Below are positions 7,607 through 13,597 of a stretch of DNA of 13,597 nt, piece after piece. The stretch is taken from assembly GCA_043228905.1 (NCBI GenBank), contig JBHGNT010000940.1:1-13597 (forward strand), given 5' to 3'. Under the pieces are notes generated by a model. The model saw only the letters and a list, made by a program, of their open reading frames with translations, had not been told where the DNA came from and searched no databases. The stretch's first letter is position 1. The number at the start of each line of letters is the position of its first letter. This DNA comes from Azolla caroliniana. Its lineage: Eukaryota; Plantae; Polypodiophyta. Made by a program: the position numbers and the translations under genes.

Positions 7607-10600
7607 GTTCCCTTTGTTCTCTCTTTCTCTCCCCCCCCCTTTCTCCTTTGAATTGAGTTTTCTTTCTCTCCTTCGTTTTCTTTTTTGTATTATGTTTTCT
7701 TTTCTTACTTCTCTCTGGGACATTTCGAGATTGTAGAAAAATTCCTACGTATATCCTGCGTATAGAGTGGTAATTTCATTTATATTAATCGCTTGAATGT
7801 CGAGGAACCATACGTTTAGGTTTTTCTTTTGGAAGATTCAGAAATGTGAGATTTGCTCAAAAGATTTTTCAGAAAATGTAAGCTTTTCCTTTTAACTGGA
7901 AGAAATATTAGCCTTATGTCTGGACCTATGAAACTATTTCCATTTCCATTTAATCGCATTAAAAACCTAAACTTTGCACTTGTCTTCGAAAATGCTATTA
8001 ATTCAGAAACTTATACTATTTCTTTAGTTTTGAAACTGTTAGAGTATGCTTAATATATATGGTGGACCTTATGCTTTGGCATTCTGGCAGCTGTTTGTTG
8101 TTTCTAAGCTCTTTACCATAGCTCCAAAAAATGGTACTTTGTTTTTGAAAGAGTTCAAGTTCAATATTTTGAACTGAGCTCTGGGATTCTTTTTGAACCA
8201 GGTACTGATGTCCAATTATGTAGAACTTCAAAATTTGAGAATTTTTCTTTGAAACATTGAAGAACTATATTTTGAACTTAATGCTATGTGATTCTTAGAT
8301 TCTTTTGCTGCACGAACATTGTTTCAATTACATAAAGCTTCAGAAACTGAAGGATTTGCATGTTGAACTAAAAATGGTTTGAGATTCTGATATTCTTTTT
8401 GGTTAACAATGGACTTTCAACGATTTAGAGCATTATAAAATGCAGTTTTGGATTTGAAAGAAAATGTTATGAGATAAGTTGGTTCTTATGAGAGTCCAGA
8501 AAATGAGACTTTTTCTTTGAAATGATGGAGAGGTCATATATTCAACTTAGAATGCTCAGAATTTTGGCTTTGAAACAATTGAAAGGTTTTTATTCTGAAA
8601 TTGCTGTGGATGTAGTACGGGCTCTCAATTACATAGCACACTGTACACGTATTTTCGAATTTCTGTATTCTATTTACTTTTGAAATTTTATATAATTTTG
8701 CACCTAGAAAGTATCAAAAGCTGTAATAATTGATTATGCCTAATGTGTCAAATGTTATCTTGCATGGTGGTCTAGTATTACCACAAACTACACAAAGATG
8801 GTTCTCGGGCAGCGTAGTACTTGAAGAGTCTTCTACCGCGACCCAAGCTTCCAATGGCATATCTGGGTATACTACTTACCTTTTCATACTGGATTTTTTA
8901 CACTAGCAGGAAAATTGGTGAGAGGCAAAGAGAATTCGTTTAATGCAGTTTATCTGCACTTGAGGAGGAGATGAAAAGAAGTGAGAAGCCACATACTGAA
9001 GGGTCCCTCAAGGATCAAATGTCTGCAGTTGAGAAATCTTCATCTGAAACTAGTGATGATCTCTCAAGTCTTATCCTTAGTAAAATGAGGGGTAAAACAG
9101 TGGGGACAACTAGTCAGAAGGACAATGCGCATGCAGAGTCTCAACATTCCAATGCATCTTCTACTAGTACTAGTACTGATGGTAAGTCTATTGAAGACAG
9201 CAAATGGGCACAGGTTATGAGTTCTATTCGCAAGATTGCTGCCAAAAACAAAGCTGGTGAAGCAACTGGTAAATCAGACTCTTCTAAGATGAAAGAAAAT
9301 GAGAACGTAGACGATTTCGCGGACTTAGATTTGCCTCATCAGAGAAGTGATCCAAGCCTTTCCAGGAGCCAAAGCAGAAGTTCGGTAAGAATCGAAGATT
9401 CATCATCTTTTTTTAGACAAGTTGGAGATTACAAGACTTCCCTAATTCTGTCTATTGCTATCTATTGACTTTTTAGCAGCTAGCTAGTGCATTTAAAAAA
9501 GACTATATACCCAATAACAAGCAACAGAAAGGATATCAACCTGGAAATCTGCATAGGTCAAAGGATATGAAGCCAGCGAACTTCAATTTTCTCAAGTCCC
9601 GTGAGTCAAATGGTTCCTTTAATCGAACGGATATTCCCGGGGATCGGAGCATTGATCGTTCAATTGGTTCAGCAAGAGATTCTCTTTCAAATGCAAGGTC
9701 AAAAGAAGGCTGGACTCAACAAATAAATAAAGATGTAAACCCTGTGAGCTTTGAGTATCTTAAAGCTCCAGAAACAAAGAGTGCTCATATTCGAGAAGAC
9801 ATAAGCTCTCCCAGTTCAATTGAAACCATCCAACCAACCAAAGATAGCGTTGTCCCATTCTCAGGGTATACGGTGTGTATTCAGGGTGTACCTGCCCATT
9901 CTAACCTTGGTGTGGTGAAACATACACTTTCAACCCATGGAGAAATTGTGAGCTCCTTCAAAAAGCCTGCTTCAAATGGATCTTGCACCATCTACATTGA
10001 ATTCAAGGTAATAATGAGCTCTATTAACGTAATAAACTATAATAAGGTCTATTTAGGGTAATACTGGGCTTTATGTAAGCTAGTAAAGAAATGCTTTATT
10101 TAAGGTATATCTAGCTCCATTGATGGTCACAATGAGCTCTTTAAAAATTTGATGCAGCAAGTCATGTTTCAATTTTCATATATAGATAAGTCATGATTTC
10201 CTCTTTGCTAACAGACATCAGAGGCTATGGATAATGCACTAACTCTTCGACAAATTCAACTGGAGGGTAAGCTTTTCACCATAGTTAGGGCTGATAATCC
10301 CATTACAACTGTAGTGAGAATTAGCAGAGTCAGTGTGGAAACTCCAGAAAGCCATATTCGCTCGATTTGTGAGAAATATGGCAACCTTGACAACATCAGG
10401 AAACGGGGGAATGGATTCTATGATGTCTTCTACAAATTGAAAGAGCTTCCAAACATCCCTAGCATATTAGAGAGGTATTTTTGCTCCATGGTTAAGAAAT
10501 AAGCAATCAACTTCTACTAATGCTGGTTTGGATGATTTATGCTAATGTTTAATTATATGTACTTGAAGTTTGAATGAGGTTACTCTGAATCAAAGAAGAT

Positions 10601-10791
10601 GGGTAGCTCTACCTGCCCCGATTTTGCATCCTGAGGCGAAGAAGGCAGTGTTAAAGACCAGTGAAGGGAAAGCATGGCATGCATCTCAAATGAAGCAGAT
10701 GCTCAACAAAATCGAAGTGGGATTGGATGCCATGTCAATATGTTTTGAGGACTTGAAATCTCTTACTCAAGATGAGGTATTAAATAAATAG
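7546..10791 (+). CDS. Uncharacterised protein, about 533 aa: putative mitochondrial presequence, Ser/Lys/Asp-rich disordered middle, two C-terminal RRM-like domains (exons 7546-7606, 8776-8866, 8949-9384, 9477/9480-10007, 10215-10474, 10569-10791)
   Basis: Joins ORFs 8971, 9567, 10227 and 10570 through GT-AG introns with matching phases (1,2,0,0,2). RRM-like patterns: TVCIQGVP...HTLSTHGEI...IYIEFK...AMDNAL and TVVRISRVSVETPESHIRSICEKYGNL...FYDVFY. Exons 1-2 are less certain than exons 3-6. Confidence 0.8.
8140..8590. repeat. Highly degenerate tandem repeats in intron 1 of the RRM-like gene
   Basis: TTGAACT...GATTCT...TTTT at ~8169, ~8272 and ~8363; TTTTTCTTTGAAA at ~8242 and ~8510. Boundaries are approximate. 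Confidence 0.55.
8776..8866 (+). CDS. RRM-like gene exon 2 (VLPQTTQRWFSGSVVLEESSTATQASNGISG)
   Basis: Branch-like CTAAT about 30 nt upstream, acceptor TCTAG| at 8775, donor GG|GTATAC at 8867. Phase links exactly to exon 3. Confidence 0.65.
8949..9384 (+). CDS. RRM-like gene exon 3 (low-complexity region)
   Basis: Acceptor TGCAG| at 8948, in frame with ORF 8971..9468. Donor TCG|GTAAGA at 9385; an alternative in-phase donor CAA|GTTGGA lies at 9421. Confidence 0.8.
9477..10007 (+). CDS. RRM-like gene exon 4 (disordered region plus most of RRM-like domain 1)
   Basis: Tandem acceptor TTTTTAG|CAG| (9476/9479). Open frame through ORF 9567..10061; donor AAG|GTAATA at 10008. Confidence 0.82.
10215..10474 (+). 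CDS. RRM-like gene exon 5 (end of domain 1, most of RRM-like domain 2)
   Basis: Acceptor CTAACAG| at 10214, in frame with ORF 10227..10502. Donor AG|GTATTT at 10475. Confidence 0.85.
10569..10791 (+). CDS. RRM-like gene terminal exon 6 (SLNEVTLNQRRWVALPAP...DEVLNK*)
   Basis: Acceptor TTGAAG| at 10568 with CTAAT upstream. Phase 2 matches exon 5; TAG at 10789-10791. A possible donor GAG|GTATTA at 10777 could mean a further short exon. Confidence 0.8.
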
Positions 10792-12034
10792 CATGTGATG
10801 AAGTTTGTGTCTCATGTTGAATTTCAAACCATTTCTTGTTGGTTGGGTACATCTCTGTAAACGGCGATTTTTATTCCTATTAGAAATAGGACATAATGGA
10901 CAACCATTTTTGCCAAAAATTAACTGGGTGTGTTCCAGCTAGAAAGAGAGGGAGGGAGAGACAGACAGACAGAGAAACCTTTTGTGATGTTTACGCAAGC
11001 TCACTATTGCATAGAATGAATTATGACATCATGCGTCCTTATACTGCTATGTTTCACAAGAAGACGTTATATAGCATTGATAAAGCAGGTAAGGATTGAA
11101 TCTGCTTTTTATTCTAAAATTTGAGAATGCCACTCATCAATTTAACTGATTTGAATAGTCTTTACTTTGTCACTTATCTGTGGAGGAAGTTTTTTTCTTA
11201 AATTACCTTTGAAGCTCTAAAGTTTTATGTTTCTGTGATTTGAGAATCTAAAAGGCAATCAAAATGTGGCTAAGATGAACAAAAGTCAATTTTCAATATG
11301 ATTGGATTTGGTAATGGAAACAATAAAATAACATATATTTCACAAAATATCTCTCTTAACTACATTTCAAAAGAGACTTTGCAAGTAATATGCTATTTAG
11401 GTTCAATGGCTGCCAGTGGTTTTTTATGTGCTTTATGAGTTACTCGTAGTGGTGATCAAAGGACAATTCAAATGGACAGGTCGATCTAAATTGTTGCAAA
11501 TGGTGATTCATTGATTGAGTTGTGCTAATGTCAGTAATGGTAGTCTCTATGGTGACATCCATTAAATGTATTCTTATTTGATTAATGATACAACCAATCA
11601 TAACAACCAAATGCACTTTTTTTACTGCAAAATATTTAACTATAGCATAAAATAACAAAACAATTTCTCCTCAATCAAAAGCCTGACATAGAAAGTTGAA
11701 GTAATGAACTTATGAAGCGCTGGAGATAAATGGCTGTGTTCCTATAATTGACATGCACATAACAAATGTGTAATGTGTAAAACTTCAAAATGTTTTGAAA
11801 TACAACCGTTTAACATGTCCAAATCTGCAGATAACCACCCCCTACCCACTACATTACTTGACCAATTCACACTATTCAAATGTTCTAAAAGGGTTTGACC
11901 CATACTAAGAATGGATTCATATGTCATGACACAATAATAGTACAAGGCTTTCCTTGCACACAGCAAAGTAAATTGATAAGGAATGTACAAGCCACCTCGT
12001 CCATCCGTAGACACTAGAAGAATCATGGGTCATG

Positions 12035-12547
12035 CAAAATATACTAGCTAGCATATTTCAGCAAAAAAACATATATTATGCAAAAATTAAAATTAAAATT
12101 AAATGTATAGCACATTACACCAGGCTATGACATCATGCAAGACTTGGATATGGAACTACTACACATGGACAAACACCCCAAAGACATGTTTTAACAATCA
12201 TGGATAAACACCCCATATGGTACAAGACATGTTTTTATCGATCATGACTATTAGACATGTATAAACACCCTAAAGACAAATCAGCACATCTAGTGGTCTC
12301 ACCAAACATATGGAAACAACTATGCAAGACGTACAAAATATACTAGCTAAATGTATTTCTGCAAAAAAAACATATATTTATGCAAAAAGAAAAATAAATA
12401 AAATGTAGCATAGTACACCAGGCAATGACATCATGCAAGAATTTCAGTAACTGGATATGGAACATGTACAAGACATGTTTTGACAATCACATGGATAAAC
12501 ACCCCAAAGACAAATTAGCACATCTCGTGGGTCTCACCAAACATATG
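12035..12547. repeat. Tandem duplication (~12035-12312 and ~12334-12547) with internal CATG(G)A(T/C)AAACACCC sub-repeats, downstream of the PDAP1 stop
   Basis: CAAAATATACTAGCTA...TACACCAGGC.ATGACATCATGCAAGA...AGCACATCT...GGTCTCACCAAACATATG occurs twice. Confidence 0.92.
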
Positions 12548-12755
12548 TCACAAATCCAGAATGAAACAATTTCAGTAACTGCAGTACCAATATATTGTTC
12601 AACTTAAATTTAATTTAAGTGAGATTGGTCGCACCCTTCAACAATTGTACAATTGCTCTTGATCTATATTTGCTAAACATAAATATACTCAAAGATTCAA
12701 GTTGCACTTCTTATGATAAAGAAAATATAATTCAGTCATTGAATTGGCCACAGAA

Positions 12756-13463
12756 TCATTTCCGAGCGTCGGTTTTCTTAGTCTCTTTTGCTGCGCATGA
12801 CAAAGAGAGAGTTTAAGTCAAAAATATACACGACAAACTAATATTTGTACATTTCATATCCATAGCACATGTTACCAGCTTTTTCTTCTTCTCGCTTCTG
12901 TGCAGCCTCTAACCTTTGTTGCCTGACTAGGGCCAGCCTTTCTGTGCGTGTAAACATAATGTGAGTAATTGTGCAGTTTACATGAGAGAAGATCAGCAGT
13001 TCCCAATGCAACAGAAAAACTCCAAAATACTGAAGATCTTTATTTCTGCAAATGCCCCTAGCTTCAGTTATTTCTCCAAATACCTTCGCTAAACCCCATC
13101 TTGAGCAATATATATGGTCAATGCATCCCCTTATCTCAAAATAAGGGGCACTTTTGGGAAAAATGTAGACTTAGGGAGCATTTGGGCAAATTTAAGAAAA
13201 CGTCCTCTCATTTGCACTTGAGAGGTTTTTCTAGTATAAAATTGTGCTTGTAAATTAAAAAAAATTGAGATTTCTATTTGTATTGAGATCACTGAGATGC
13301 TAATAATTTATAGTTAAAAGATGCACATTAATATTAACTGATAGCTTTTTATTTCTAATTTCTAATGTCGTGATTACCTAAGTCTTTTCTTGCTTGGTCA
13401 GTCTTTCCTTGCTCTTGGAGCCTCAGATACCGTTCGTGTGCCCTCTGCTTCTCAATCTCCTCT
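12756..13463 (-). CDS. PDAP1: PDAP1 / 28 kDa heat- and acid-stable phosphoprotein (HASPP28) family protein, last three exons (13463-13378, 12941-12876, 12790-12756); 5' part lies beyond the right edge
   Basis: Spliced translation [61 protein letters not shown] is the conserved PP28/PDAP1 C-terminal domain. Acceptors TCCAG, CACAG, CGCAG; donors GTAATC, GTAACA; phases 1,1. Entirely missed by the ORF track. Confidence 0.93.
13041..13192. mobile_element. Degenerate MITE-like element (about 150 bp, imperfect ~45-bp inverted arms) in a PDAP1 intron
   Basis: Left arm ATTTCTGCAAATGCCCCTAGCTTCAGTTATTTCTCCAAA aligns with the reverse complement of the right arm, ATTTGCCCAAATGCTCCCTAAGTCTACATTTTTCCCAAA. 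No clear target-site duplication seen. Confidence 0.45.
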
Positions 13464-13597
13464 CTGGACATAGAAGTCATAGAGGAATTAATCACAATAT
13501 ATTTCTCACCCAGAATTTCATTCAGAGTAGGAGAATTGCCATCGACTATGCTTTCTATTTGTACTACAGAATTCTGGAAAGGATTACATGCAACATT

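Noticed and set aside
6940-7723. Short ORFs with VC/HT/F/K runs or LGFG repeats
   Set aside because: They are translations of the (CA)n, (GAA)n, CT-rich and telo-box repeats.
10896-12816. Short ORFs between the convergent 3' ends
   Set aside because: 60-95 aa, no domain features, overlapping UTR or repeat sequence or antisense to the PDAP1 last exon; expected by chance.

Overview
AT-rich, intron-containing nuclear DNA from a land plant (plant-type GT-AG introns, telo-boxes; the species cannot be assigned from sequence alone). I reconstructed three spliced genes by hand, with reading frame conserved across every junction. (1) The 5' part of POP1, an RNase P/MRP protein subunit, on the minus strand (five exons 3904->824, continuing off the left edge). 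(2) A complete divergent six-exon gene on the plus strand (7546-10791, about 533 aa) encoding an uncharacterised protein with a probable mitochondrial presequence, a long disordered region and two RRM-like domains. (3) The last three exons of a PDAP1/HASPP28-family gene on the minus strand (13463->12756). The rest is local tandem duplications, telomere-motif promoter clusters, microsatellites and one or two MITE-like remnants. There is no prokaryote-type system (CRISPR, operon, intact transposase). The most unusual element is the POP1 5' leader. It has three tandem units that each read as a 63-nt GT-AG intron plus a micro-exon, and an upstream ORF whose stop overlaps the POP1 start codon (TGATG).
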